DNA of 64,000 nt from the human T2T-CHM13v2.0 reference genome, Homo sapiens (GCA_009914755.4 CP086569.2:12608001-12672000); one strand, 5' to 3'. Numbered from the stretch's first letter, positions 43,601 through 59,110 are shown. Numbers and translations: made by a program. The notes: generated by a model from the letters alone, not told the origin.

Positions 43601-46600
43601 TAGAATGGAAAGTAAAGGAAATATATCGAATCTAATAGAAAGGAATGGAATGGACTCGAATGGAAAGGAATGGAATAGAATGGAATCGAATGTCATGGAC
43701 TGGAGTGGAACGGTCTCGATTGGAATGGAAAATAATGGAATGGAATGGATTGGAATGGAAAGGAATAGAATGGAATGGAATCGTATTGAATGGAATGGAA
43801 AGGAATGGAGTCAAATGAAATAGAATCTAATGGAATGCAATCAAATGTAATGGAATGCAATGGATTCTAATGGAATGGACTCAAGTGCAATACAATAGAA
43901 TCGAATGGCATGGAATGGGATGAAATAGAATGGAATACAATAAAATGGAAAGGAGTGGAACCGAGGGGAATGGAATCGAACAGAATGGAATGGAATGGAA
44001 TCGAATGGAATGGAATGGAATGGAATGGAATGGAATGGAATGGAATGGAATGGAATGGGTTAGAATGCAATGGAATCGGATCGAATGGAATGGAATGGAA
44101 TGGAGTTGAATGGAATAGATTCGAATGAAATGCCAACGAATGGTATGGAATGGAATGGATTGGACTCAAATGGAATAGAATTGAACTGAGTGGCATCGAA
44201 TGGAATGGAATGGAATGGAATGGAATGGAATGGAATGGAATGGAATGGAATGGAATGGACCAAAACGTAATGGACTCTAATGCAATGGACTCAAATAGAA
44301 TGGACACAAAAGGAAGGGTCTCGAATGGAATTTATTGAAAAAGAATGGAATCAAATTGCATGCGATAGTATGGAATGGAATCAAATGGAATGGAATTAAT
44401 TGGAATGGACCAGAATGGAATGGACTGGAATATAACGGACTCGAATGTAATGGATTGCAGTGTATTTGATTCAAAAGGAATGGAATTGAACGGTATGTAA
44501 TTAAATGGAAAGAAATGGAATGCAATCGAATGGAATAGAATGGAATGCAATGGAATGGAACCTAGTGTAATCGAGTTGAATGGAATTGAATGGAATGGAA
44601 TCAAATGGAATGGAGTGGAATTCAATGGACTCGATTGGAATGGACTGGAACAAAATAGAATCGAACGCATTGGAATCGAACTGAATGGAATGGAATGGAA
44701 AAGAATGGACGTCAATGCAATGGAGTCGAATGGAATGGAACCGAATGCAATGGAATTGAAGGGAATTGAAAGGAATAGAATAGAATGGAGTGTAATGGAA
44801 AGATATCGAATGGAATGGAAAGAAGTGGAATCGACTCAAATGAAATCGTGTGGAACGAAATGGACTCGAATGGAATTGAATGGAACAAAGTGGACTCGAA
44901 GGGAATGGACTGGAATGGAATGGATTAGAAAGGAATGGAAACGAACGGAATGGAATGGAATAGAATGGAATGGAATCAGATGGAATGAAATGGAATGAAA
45001 TGGAGTAGAATGGAATAGAATCGAATGCAATGGCATCGGATAGAATGGAATGGAATGGAATCTAATGTACTTAAATGGAATGGACTCGAATGAAATAGAA
45101 TAGAATGGAATGGCATCGAATGGAATTTACTGGAAGAGAGATTAATGGAAAGATATTGAATAGAAAGGAATGGAATGAACTCAAATGGAATGGACTGGAA
45201 TGGAATGGACTCGAATGGAATGGACTGGAATGGAATGGTCTGGAATGGAATGGACTGCAGAGGAATGGTCTCGAATGGAATGGAAACGAATGGAATGGAA
45301 TTGAATGGAATGGACATTAAAGGAATAAAATGGAAGGTATCAATGGAACATAATGCAATGGAATAGATTTGAATGGAATACTTTCAAAAGGAATGGCATT
45401 GAATGGAATGGAATGGAAAGGACTCGAACGGAAAGGACTCGAATGGAATTGAATAGAATGGAATGGCATCGAATGGAATGGAATGGAAGAGAGTGTAATT
45501 GAAAGATATCGAATGGAATGGAATGGACTCGAATGGAATGGCCTGGAATGGAATGAACTCGAATGGAATGGACTGGAGTGGGATGGACTCGAATGGAAAG
45601 GAAACGAATTGAATAGAATGGAATGGAATGGAAACAATACAATGAAATTGAATCGAATGGAACTGAATGTAATGGAATGGAGTCGAATAGAATAGAATCG
45701 AATTGAATGACATCGAATGGAATGGAATGAAATGGAATGGAATGGAATGGAATGGAATGGAATGGAATGGAATGGAATGGAAAGGACTTCAAAGGTGTGG
45801 ACTCTAATGGAATAGAATATAATGGAATGGCATCGAATGCAAGGGAATGGAATGGAACCCAATGTATTGGACTCGAATGGAATGGACTCCAATAGAATGG
45901 ATTCGAATGGAGTGGTCTCAAATTGAATTTATTCAAATAGAATGGAATCGAATGGAATTCAATAGAATGGAACGGAATCGAACGGATTTGATTCAAACGG
46001 AATGGAATGCAATGGAATGGAGTCGAATGGAATGGAATTGAATTGAATGGAATCGAATAGAATGGAACTCAATGGAATCGAAAGGAATACAATGGAATGG
46101 AGTGTAATGGAAAGATATCAAATGGAATTGAATGGACTCGGTGGAATGGACTGGAACAGAACTGACTCGAATGGAATGGAGTGGAGTGGAATGGACTCTA
46201 ATGTAATGGAAACTAATGGAATGGAATGGAATGGAATGGAATGGAATGGAATGGAATGGAATGGAATGGAAAAGAATAGAATGGAATGGAATCGGATGGA
46301 ACAGAATGGAATGGAGTTGAATTTAATAGAATCAATTGGAATGACATCGAATATAATGGAATGGAATGGAATGGAATGGACTTGACTGGAGTGGAATGGA
46401 CTCTAATGTAATGGAAACGAATGGAATGGAATGGAATGGAAGGGAAAAGAATAGAATGGAATGGAATCGGATGGAATGGAATGGAATGGAGTCGAATTGA
46501 ATAGAATCAATAGGAATGGCATCGAATGGAATGGAATGGAATGAAATGAAATGGACACGAATGCAATGGCCTCAAATGGAATAGAATCGAATTGTATGGC

Positions 46601-46617
46601 ATCGAATGGAATGGAAT

Positions 46618-46646
46618 GGAATGGAACGGAACGGAACGGAACGGAA
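46618..46646. repeat. (GGAAC)n variant run, 4-5 copies
   Basis: 'ggaacggaacggaacggaacggaatgg'. Confidence 0.85.
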
Positions 46647-48461
46647 TGGAATGGAATGGAATGGAATGGAATGGAATGGAATGGAATGGAATCGACCCAA
46701 AAGTAATGGACTCAAATGGAATGGACTCAAATAGAAAGGACTCGAAAGCAATGGTCTCGAATGGAATTTATTCGAATAGAATGGAATCGAATGGAATGCA
46801 ATAGTATGGAATGGAATGAAATGGAATGGACACGAATGGAATTGACTGGAATAGAACGGACTTGAATGCCATGGATAGCAATGTAATCGATTCGAATTGA
46901 ATGGAATCAAATGGAATGTAATCAAATGGAATGGAATGGAATGCAATGGAATGGAATAGAATGGAATGCAATGGAATGGAACGGAGTGAAATCGAGTGGA
47001 ACAGAATTGAATGGAATAGAATCGAATGGATTGGAATTGATTGGAATAGACAGGAATGCAATGGACTTGAATGGAATTTACTGGAACAAAATGGAATCAA
47101 ACGGATTGGAACTGAACGAAACAGAATGGAATGTAATGGAATGGCCTCGAATGGAATGGAGTTGAATGGAAGGGAATCGATGGAATGGAATCGAATGGAA
47201 TGGAATGGAATGGAATCGAAAGGAATTGAATTTAATGGAGTGTAAAGCAAATATATCGAATCCAATGGAATGGAATGGAATGGACTCGAATGGAATGGAA
47301 TGGAATGGACTCGAATGGAATGGAATGGAATGGACTTGAATGGAATGGACTGGAGTGGAATGGACTCGAATGGAATGGAAAAGAATGGAATGGAATGGAA
47401 TGGAATGGAATGGAATGGAATGGAATGGAATGGAATGGAATGGAATGGAAATGAATGGAATGGAATGGAATAGGATGGAACTAAATGGAATGGAATGGAG
47501 TCGAATGGAGAGGAGTTGAATGGAATGGCATTGAATGGAGTGGAATGGAATGGACTCAAAAGGAATGAACTCGAATGGAATAGAATAGAATGGAATGGCA
47601 TCAAATGGAATGGAACAGAAGGGAGTGTAAAGGCAAGATATCGAATGGAATGGAATGGAATGGAATGGAATGGAATGGAATGGAATGGAATTGACTCGAA
47701 TGGAATGGACTGGAATGGAATGGACTATAATGGAATGGCCCGGAGTGGAATGGACTCGAGTGGAATTGACTGGAATGGAATTGACTTGAATGGTATGGAC
47801 TGGAGTGGAATGGTCTCGAATGGAATGGAAACAAATGGAACGAAATGGATTGGAATGGAAAGGAAAGGAATCGGAAGGAACAGAATGGAGTGGAATGGAG
47901 TCGAAAGAAATAGAATTGAATGGAATGCAATCGAATGGAATGGAATGCAATGGACTCGAATGGAATGGACTCGCATGGAATAGAATTGAATGGAATGGCA
48001 TGGAATGGAATGGAATAGAATGGAATGCAATAAATGCAAAGGAGTGGAATCAAGTGGAATGGAATGGAATGGAATGGAATGGAATGGAATGGAATGGAAT
48101 GGAAGGGAATGGACCCAAATGGAATGGATTCGAGTGGAATGTAACCGACGAATGGAATGGAATTGAATGCAATCGAAACGAATAGATAGAATGGAAAGTA
48201 ATGGAAATATATCGAATCTAATAGAATGGAATGGAATGGACTCGAATGGAATGGACTGGAGTGGAACGGTCTCGAATGGAATGGAATGGATTGGAATGGA
48301 AAGGAATAGAATGGAATGGAATCATATGGAATGGAATGGAACAGAATGAGTCAAAACGGAATAGAATCAAGTGGAATGCAATCGAATGGAATGGAATACA
48401 ATGGACTCGAATGGAATGGATTCTAATGGAATAGAATATAATGGAATGGCATGGAATGGAA

Positions 48462-48475
48462 TGAAATAGCCAGCT
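48462..48475. other. Abrupt junction between the HSat3 array and non-satellite flanking sequence
   Basis: '...ggaatggaatgaaatag|ccagctccctgtgcaggtgaaaatcc...'. No GGAAT-like pentamers occur downstream of ~48470, and there is no gradual decay of the repeat. Confidence 0.9.
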
Positions 48476-49454
48476 CCCTGTGCAGGTGAAAATCCATGTA
48501 TAACTTTTGACTCCCCAAAAGCTTAGTTACTTATCACCTACTGTTGACTAGAAGCCTGACTCGTAACATAGTCAAGTAATACACATTTTATATGTTATGT
48601 GTATTATATACTGTACTCTAACAAAAAGTAAGCTGAAGAAAGGAATATGTTATTAAGAAAATCGGAGGGAAGTGAAAATATATTTACTGGTTATTAAGAG
48701 GAAGTGGATCATCATAAAATTCTTCATCTTCATTATCTTCACGTTGAGTAGGCTGAAGAGAAAGAGATAGGGTTGGTCTTGCTGTCTCAGGGATGGCAGA
48801 GGCAGAACAAAATCTACGTGCTAGTGGACCCACACAGTTCTAGTCCACGTTGTTCAAGGATCAACTGTAATTACAAGAGTAGACCTTTGAGTTACATGCT
48901 CATTTCATCTGTCTGCATCAGCTAGGTTTTGCCGTGGTGACTAACAACCCCAAACCTCAGTGGCTTAAAGCAACAAAGATTTCCCATTCATTTTGCATGG
49001 CTCATGCGGGTGGATAAGGGAGCTCTGTTTATCAGAGTCACTCTGGGACTCAGTCTGATGAAGGCTTTATCTTAAAAAGTGTTTTCATGATGGCTGGAAA
49101 GTCGTGGACCAATGATTTCCACCGAAACCCATTTGCTAGAACCAATTCCGTGACTATGACTCACTTCAAAGAGACATGAAAAACTATCCTAATGCACTGA
49201 AAGGAAAGGGAAGCTGGATAGCAGTGAAGCGGTCATGTCTACCACATTCCACCCCACGGGTCACTACATACTCAATTCTTTTTTCCCCGTGCAGAGCCCA
49301 CTTGCCCTGTCAAGTCTCTGCTCCAGCACTGCACAGTGGGTAAATGTGTGTTGGTGGTAGGGGAGGGAGTGAGAGCCTATCTTTTCAGCTCATACGTTTC
49401 TAGTTCAAGACGAATTACATCTGACCTGACGTAGAAATAAATGTTTATTACCCA

Positions 49455-49910
49455 CTTGTGTTAGTTTCTTAAGGCTGCTGTGACAAATCACCACAAACTG
49501 AGTGGCTCCAAACAACAGATATGTATTGTCTCACTGTTCTGGACACCAGACAGCTGAAATCAAAGGTCAGCAGGGCCACATGCTCTCTGAAGCTTAGAGG
49601 GAGAATCCTCCTTTCTCCCTCGCTGGCTCTGATGGTTTTCCAGTGAGCCTCAGCATTCCTTGGCTTGCAGCCCCAGCACTTTAATCTCTGCTTTTATTGT
49701 CACATGACATTCTTCCCTTGCATCTATCTCTTCTACTCTTCTTATAAGGACACCAGTCATTGGAGTAAGACCACCCGAATTCAGTATGGCCTCATCACAA
49801 CTTAATTACATCTGCACAGACCTTATTTCCAAACAAGGTCACATTCACAGGCACCAGGGATTAGGATTTCAACATATCTTTTTACGGGACACAATTCAAC
49901 TGATAACACC
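49455..49910. mobile_element. Ancient LTR-retrotransposon fragment, tentatively a MaLR (MLT1-like) solo LTR. Orientation relative to consensus is uncertain.
   Basis: Contains characteristic strings I recall from the MaLR/MLT1 LTR consensus: 'gttagtttcttaaggctgctgtgacaaa...ccacaaactgagtggct..aaacaacag...ctcactgttctgga...aaatcaaaggtcagcagggcc', and later 'cttataaggacaccagtcattgga...ggtcacattcacaggcacc...gatttcaacatatctttt..gggacacaattcaac'. The family call is from memory only. Confidence 0.45.
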
Positions 49911-51059
49911 TTCCACCTTCCACTCCCTAATATAACCCTTCATATAGGCACTGTTGCCTCTCACCCAGAAATCATGAATTTTGAGCTCTGTGCCATGACC
50001 GGACAAGACTTTTGTGTTGATTCCCTTAGGAAGGATATTTATGTATTCTGTATGACTGAAGGAGATTGAGCCAAATATTTGGTGTCTAGAATGGTGGGCT
50101 ACAGTAGATATTAGAGATCCCCACCAATATTTCCAGTTGTCTTCCATCCAGTCAAACAATAAGAATAGAACTCCCTGCTCCCATGAAACTAGATGTGACT
50201 ATGAAACTTGCTTTAAGCCAATGTAATGTGAACAGAAGTGATACATTTTATTTCTGGATACTAAAATTTAAGAAGCAAGGTATAATTTTCCACTTTTTCT
50301 TTATCTTCCATGTTGGCAAGTAACTTTCCAGATTGTGAAAATTATGTAATAAAAGTCCTTATGTGAAGACAGCATTAAGAATCCTGCCAAACTGACTTGT
50401 ACTGAATATGTAGCATGAGTAATAAATGAATCCTGATAACAGTAAGACATTGAGTTGTACATGTATACACCCTATAACACAGCAGTTTCATGCATACATC
50501 AGAAAGATTCTTTCACATGTTCATTAAGGAAACATGCACAAGTATTTTAGTTAATAATATTATTTGCAGCAATAAATGGCAATCAGCTCAAATGCTCACC
50601 AATTGTAGGTTGAAATAAATAAATAACTTTTATATACATGAACTGAACAACATACAGCAATGAAAATGAATGGATTATAAACACAAATATCAATATGGAT
50701 AATTTTTAAAACATCATATTAAGCAGTTATAGAAAAACTACACACGTTTGATTGAAATTTTATAATTCAGTCTGAATTAATGGACATATTGCATAAGGAT
50801 ATAAAAATCTATAGTAATAACAGTGGAAAACACCAGGGAACAAAATTCAGCTAATTACTACCTCTGGTGGATATGAAGTATAATGCAATTGAAGAATGCA
50901 CACAGAGAGCTCCTACAGTATGATAATTCATTTTCTAACATTGTTTGCAGGCACATGATATTTGTTTTATTATTGGTCTTCAAACCCCACATATATGCTT
51001 TTATGTACTTTTTGCAATCTATACTTCACAACTGTTAAAAATAAAGCAAATCTTAGGTA

Positions 51060-51610
51060 AAATATGTTTTATATATATATAAATATATATTATATATATT
51101 TTTATATATAAATATATATTATATATATTTTTATATATAATATATATTATATATATTTTTATATATAATTATATAATATATATTTAAGTATAAATATATA
51201 ATAAATATAAATATATTTTTATATAATATATTTTATGTATTTATATATAATATATTCTATATAATATATATTTTATATTATATTCTATATAATATATATT
51301 TTATATTATATTCTATATAATATATATTTTATATTATATTATATACTATATATTTTATATTATATTATATAAGATATATTTTATATTATATAATATAATA
51401 TATATTTAATATTATATTATATAAGATATATTTTATATTATATTATATATAATATATATTTTATATTATGTTATATGTAATATATATTTTATAATATATT
51501 ATATGTAAGATATATTTTATATTATATATTATATATATTTTTATATTATATTATATATATTATATTATATATATTTTATATATTATATATAAATTTTATA
51601 TATAATATAT
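51060..51610. repeat. AT-rich compound minisatellite / simple repeat built from (TA)n, TATATAAA and ~33-35-bp AT units. More than 95% A+T.
   Basis: Directly visible. Units such as 'aaatatatattatatatatttttatatata' repeat at 51080-51180, and 'tatattctatataatatatattttatattata'-type units repeat at 51230-51560. Confidence 0.9.
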
Positions 51611-52735
51611 AAAGCACATTATAGAATGCCCTTGTAGAAGTTGATCTATAGAAGTTAATTTATACAAGTTAACTTCTAGCAATGTTAATTCGTGGTTAAG
51701 AAAGTAATTCCAAGGCTATTTTTTCTGTAAAATGAAGTATAAATTTTTTGCATAAGTAATTATTTTCTCACATCTAACTCTCTGCATCTCTTAGCTTTAT
51801 TAAAGCAGGGCTGGCCTTTCACTTTTTAAATTTTTGTCCCTTTCCCTTTATGGGATTAAAGAGGAAAAATAGAAAATCACAAATATATGAAGGCCTCTTT
51901 TGGGAAAGGGGGATTTTCTTCCCATGCTAGTGAAGCAGCTACTCGATCAGTATATTTCCATTTTGTATCTTTATATGTTTTTACTATTTTAATGGTTTTT
52001 CCTTAAAATGTTTACCATAAATACTTCCTTGTAGCAAGATAAAAATTAATATCTAACCACCTTCCACAATGTTTTAGAACTTTTTAACTCTCATATCTTT
52101 CTTGTTGAATTTTAATTATCATATCCTCCCCTGCTCGTTTTAAGAATATTGGTTCATTCCATTTTTAAACTCTATAAATTATATTAACAATACTAGTATA
52201 AATTTACTTACAGGTTTGACAATTCCTTTGCACCCATACTCCTTGGATCTCATAAAATTCTTCCTCAGATGCTTTGATTTCTTCCTAAAGCATCATTTGG
52301 AATTTCCTTTAGTGAGAATCTGTCGGTGGTAAACTCATATTTTTCTATTTTTGAAAATGTTTTCATTTTGCACTAGGTCCTAAAAGAGATTTCCCGGGCG
52401 TGTAATTCGAGATTAGTAGTTATTTTCACTTAGCACACTGAAGATATTAATCCATTCTTTTCAAGATTCCATTGTTACTGTGCAGAACACCTCTAGCAAT
52501 CTATTTCCATCATCTGTCTTGTCTCCCCATCTGCTTTTATGCTCTTCCGTTTGTCTTTGGTGTTTCATTATAAATCATGAGTTTTTCTTTATTTATTCTC
52601 CTGTGAGCATATTGTTGTGGAAATTTTTCAGCTATTGACGTTTAAGATTTTGCCCTTCTATCATTCTCCCTATGTCCTCCTTTGATGAGAGGCCTGTTAG
52701 ATATTCCCACTCTGTCCTCCATAGCTCTTAACCTC

Positions 52736-53139
<404 letters not shown>

Positions 53140-53650
53140 TAATAATTGAATGTCTTACTTCAACAATTGTATTTTTATTTAAAAACTTTTACATTTTATT
53201 TTTCCAATCCACCTCCTCATTTTGTAAAGCCTTTTGTTTCTTGCTTATTTTCATAATGCAATCTTGTATTTCTTTAGATATTTTATACATAATTAACTTA
53301 TATTCTGTATTTGTTAGTCCAATATCCAAAGTCTTTGAGACCTAAATGTTTTATGTTTTTTCTTACACTGTTTCCCTGTTTGTTTGTTGATGAATGACTG
53401 TGAGGTAGTATTTGGTTGATTTTGTCCATGGAAACCTTAGAGGCCTTATCTCCAAAAGGATCTGTGTTTTCTTCTGCCCAGGCTCTAGGAGAGCATCACT
53501 GAGTTATACTCATTTCAGCTTCCTTCTAAGGTTTCAGGGTTAATGTGGAATTCTCTATCTTAGCTCCCCTGTTTTGCTGCTGGCCCAAAGATTAGACTCC
53601 TAGTCACAGGGATAACATTGAAATTATCCCTAAAATAATTCATCATTTAA

Positions 53651-53820
53651 GCCGGGCATGGTGACATGCACCTGTGATCTCAGCTACCCCAGAGGCGGAG
53701 GCAGGAGGACCACTTGAGCTCAGGAGCTTGAAGCTTATAATATGCTATGATTCTTCCTGTGAATAGTGACTGTATTCCAGCCTGGGCAATATAGTGAGAT
53801 CCCATATCTTTCTAAAAAAA
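53651..53820 (+). mobile_element. Alu-derived fragment, a right-arm or free monomer-like piece with an internal diverged segment and an A-tail
   Basis: 'gccgggcatggtgacatgcacctgtgatctcagctaccccagaggcggaggcaggaggaccacttgagctcaggagcttgaagc...ccagcctgggcaatatagtgagatcccatatctttctaaaaaaa' resembles the right monomer of Alu and ends in poly-A. Confidence 0.7.
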
Positions 53821-53848
53821 TTCATTTTTGTTTATTGTTTATATCTTC

Positions 53849-56836
<2,988 letters not shown>

Positions 56837-57337
56837 GAAATGTCCCAATTCTTTAGTGACAGCAAGCTATTCAAATTTCTTTTTTAATAATATGATATAA
56901 CTCAACAAAATGCATCTTAGGGACAGCTAGGCCCTATACGCCATGAATTCACAACAACCTCTACTTGGTTTTGTGCTCTTTCATCAAAGAACTTGATATG
57001 TCTCTCTGGGTTAAAATTTGAATAATCTCTCCAAAGTAAATCCAGATGAGCTCCCAGGACTTTGGGCTCCCAGATAGTTTCCAGAGGCAACAGATAAATG
57101 CTGTTACCTCCTCCTCATTTCAAAGTGTGAGATGCACACACGTACAGTTCTTTGCTTGTTGACAAGAGCCTGCATAATCCAGACATCTCACTGACCTTGA
57201 CTTTTCACACTTTCCCTATTTACACTTCACCTTCCAGCAAAGAAGCCATTCTCAGCTCATGGTCTTTGGAAAAAATCATCTTCTGCCTGGAATATTTCCT
57301 CTCCCCTGAACCTGATTAAGCCCTACCCATGCCTTAG

Positions 57338-57408
57338 ATCACAGCTCAAATATCTATTCTTTAAGAAAGGCTGATCACAGCTCAAATGTCTATTCTTTAT
57401 GAAAGCTT
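57338..57408. repeat. Small tandem duplication, 2 x 36 bp
   Basis: 'gatcacagctcaaatatctattctttaagaaaggct' is immediately followed by 'gatcacagctcaaatgtctattctttatgaaagctt'. Confidence 0.8.
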
Positions 57409-58599
57409 TTCCCAGCTCCCCAGGATAGATGATGTTGCCCTATAACACAAACCCTGGTAGCAGGGTATAGGGTTCAAGGGATTTCCTGACTGATCAAGGA
57501 GAAGGATATGAGAGCAATGCATGACAAGCTTTATTGGGCAGAATTGAATGAGAGTGAAAGTCTCCTATGGCATAAGACTGTCCTGAGGCTCACAGCAAAG
57601 GGGCCACCAATCAAGAAGGAGGGCAAGTGAATTCCCAGGGGAAAGGGAATGGGAGAGGGGACTTACTAGATGATGTTGCTCAGCAGTGCAGCAGGGTGTC
57701 TCTGAGTCAGAGAGCTCGTAAGGGCAGTAGCAGCTTGGGATCTTATGGCCTAGGCCCTAGTTTATCAATGGCAAGCAGAAGATAGGTTTCACGGGGTATG
57801 CAAAAGAGGCAAAGTGTACCTGGCTAAAAATCTGCTTGTTGTGTGCTATGTTTAAAACAATTTGATGTATTAAAATTTGAGTTTGGCACCAGAAAGATTT
57901 TGAGGTAATTGGTCTCAACCTCCAGTGAAGAAACAAACAACCTAGGGGCCGATTCGCAGAAGGCATCCTTGGCTCATTGATTAACAGTGGGTAGGGCCAT
58001 TCATCCACTGATAGGCGAGGTAATGCTTGTGGCTAAAGGGTTTAAGTGTATTTCTATATAAATGATACTCAGAGAGTCCAGATTCCTGGAAGTCTCTATG
58101 TTGAATCACTCATTCTGTGACAACCTAAGGCAGTCGCATGGATAGGATCATGGAATGACATGAAACTCCAAAGTCAAAGGCCTTTCAGAAGTTCAGACAG
58201 GGTGACAACTTCACAAAATAGTTTGTCTCCTCTAGTCCAGACTCGTCATTGCACAGCTGATTCCAGGCAGATAACCATAGAAGAGAAGTCTCTACTAAAC
58301 ACAGAAAGTTGCTCCAGAGAGAAGGGCTGTACTTCTGTCTGTTCCAGACAGTCATTTTACATAGATCAGGGAGGAGAGAGCTACTCTTCTTAGGTCTTAA
58401 GATGAAGCAGACTAGAACAATTCTAGTCCTAAGGCTACAGAGAGAAAGTGAAGAGAATCATAAAACACTGATTTTTTACGTAATTCCAGACTTCCATGTA
58501 TAAACATATACAATTTAAGATTTAAGCTGCCTTAAAATCTAAAGCTAACCCGAACAGCTTGGTTTTCAGAGTTATGAGGAAAAGACAGCTATCTATCTA

Positions 58600-58700
58600 A
58601 AAATATTAGAAAGGCATACATAGATGATTGATTGATAGATAATAGATCGATAGGTGATAGATGATATAACAATAGATTGATTAATTTATCTGAATCTATA
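58600..58700. repeat. GATA/GATT-rich low-complexity microsatellite-like tract
   Basis: 'gatgattgattgatagataatagatcgataggtgatagatgatataacaatagattgattaatttatc'. Confidence 0.6.
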
Positions 58701-58744
58701 CACTGATACATACCAAAGACTTTTTTTCCTTTTGTGGTTTTGTT

Positions 58745-59110
58745 GTTTACATACTGTTTTAGTCAGCTCAGTCTGCTATAACAGAATACCATAGACTGAT
58801 GGCTTAAACAGCAGAAATTTATTTCTCACAGGTCTGGAGGACGCAAGTCTGAGATCAGGGTGCCAGAATGATCAGATTCTAGCAAGGGCCCTCTTCCTGG
58901 TTTACAGAGGCTGTCTTCCCATAGTGTCTTCATGTGACAGTGAAAGTGATCATCTCTCTCATGTCTCTTCTAATAAGTGCACTAATCCCATCCATGAGGG
59001 TCCACCCTCTGACCTAATTGCCTCCCAAAGGTTCCACCTACACATACTATCCTATTGCGGATTAGAGCTTCAACATACAAATTTTGGGGGGATACAAACA
59101 TTCAGGCCAT
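58745..59110. mobile_element. Second ancient LTR fragment of the same tentative MaLR (MLT1-like) type as 49455-49910
   Basis: 'tagtcagctcagtctgctataacagaataccatagactgatggcttaaacagcagaaatttatttctcacaggtctggagg...caagtctgagatcagggtgccag...cctggtttacagaggctgtcttcccatagtgtcttcatgtgaca...taagtgcactaatcccatccatgagggtccaccctctgacctaattgcctcccaaaggttccacc...gcttcaacatacaaattttgggggg'. It closely parallels the strings in the 49455-49910 element and the MLT1 consensus I remember. Confidence 0.5.

Larger units (their letters stand above)
1..48468. repeat. Human Satellite III (HSat3) array, (GGAAT)n on + strand / (CATTC)n on - strand. Pericentromeric simple-sequence satellite with interspersed diverged pentamers.
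   Basis: Directly visible: tens of thousands of bases built from ggaat/ggaatgg units and single-base variants (ggaac, ggagt, ggact, gcaat, tcgaatgg). Pure (GGAAT)n runs of 10-16 copies recur, e.g. 4465-4530, 16478-16545, 23810-23880, 28529-28607. The pentamer is G-rich on + throughout, with no orientation switch. All track ORFs here are periodic low-complexity artefacts. Confidence 0.97.

Noticed and set aside
95-48434. Hundreds of ORFs of 60-504 aa on both strands across the satellite, e.g. 41756-43270(-) at 504 aa and 30128-31138(-) at 336 aa
   Set aside because: Their translations are periodic low-complexity strings: MEWNG/WNGME/NGMEW on + and IPFHS/FHSIP on -. The frames stay open only because (GGAAT)n/(CATTC)n lacks stop codons in several frames. 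There is no start context, no domain-like composition, and the same peptide repeats everywhere. They are not genes.
1-48468. CRISPR-like or prokaryotic tandem-repeat system
   Set aside because: The repeats are 5-bp units with no unique spacers, no cas-like ORFs, and no leader. The presence of Alu and L1 elements shows this is primate nuclear DNA.
48470-49300. Possible additional ancient interspersed repeat(s) immediately flanking the satellite, with strings like 'ctaacaaccccaaacctcagtggcttaaagcaacaaagatttccca'
   Set aside because: They resemble old mammalian repeat motifs, but I cannot assign a family or boundaries by eye, so I left them unannotated. RepeatMasker would resolve this.
49896-50159. 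87-aa minus-strand ORF in unique sequence, plus other 60-130-aa ORFs in 52894-54223 and 57757-63583
   Set aside because: They are short and show no recognisable motif. They lie in or next to Alu, L1 or LTR repeats. For example, 52894-53142 is Alu-derived, and 53828-54223 and 56444-56848 are L1 3'-UTR read-throughs. They are consistent with chance ORFs in AT-rich intergenic DNA.
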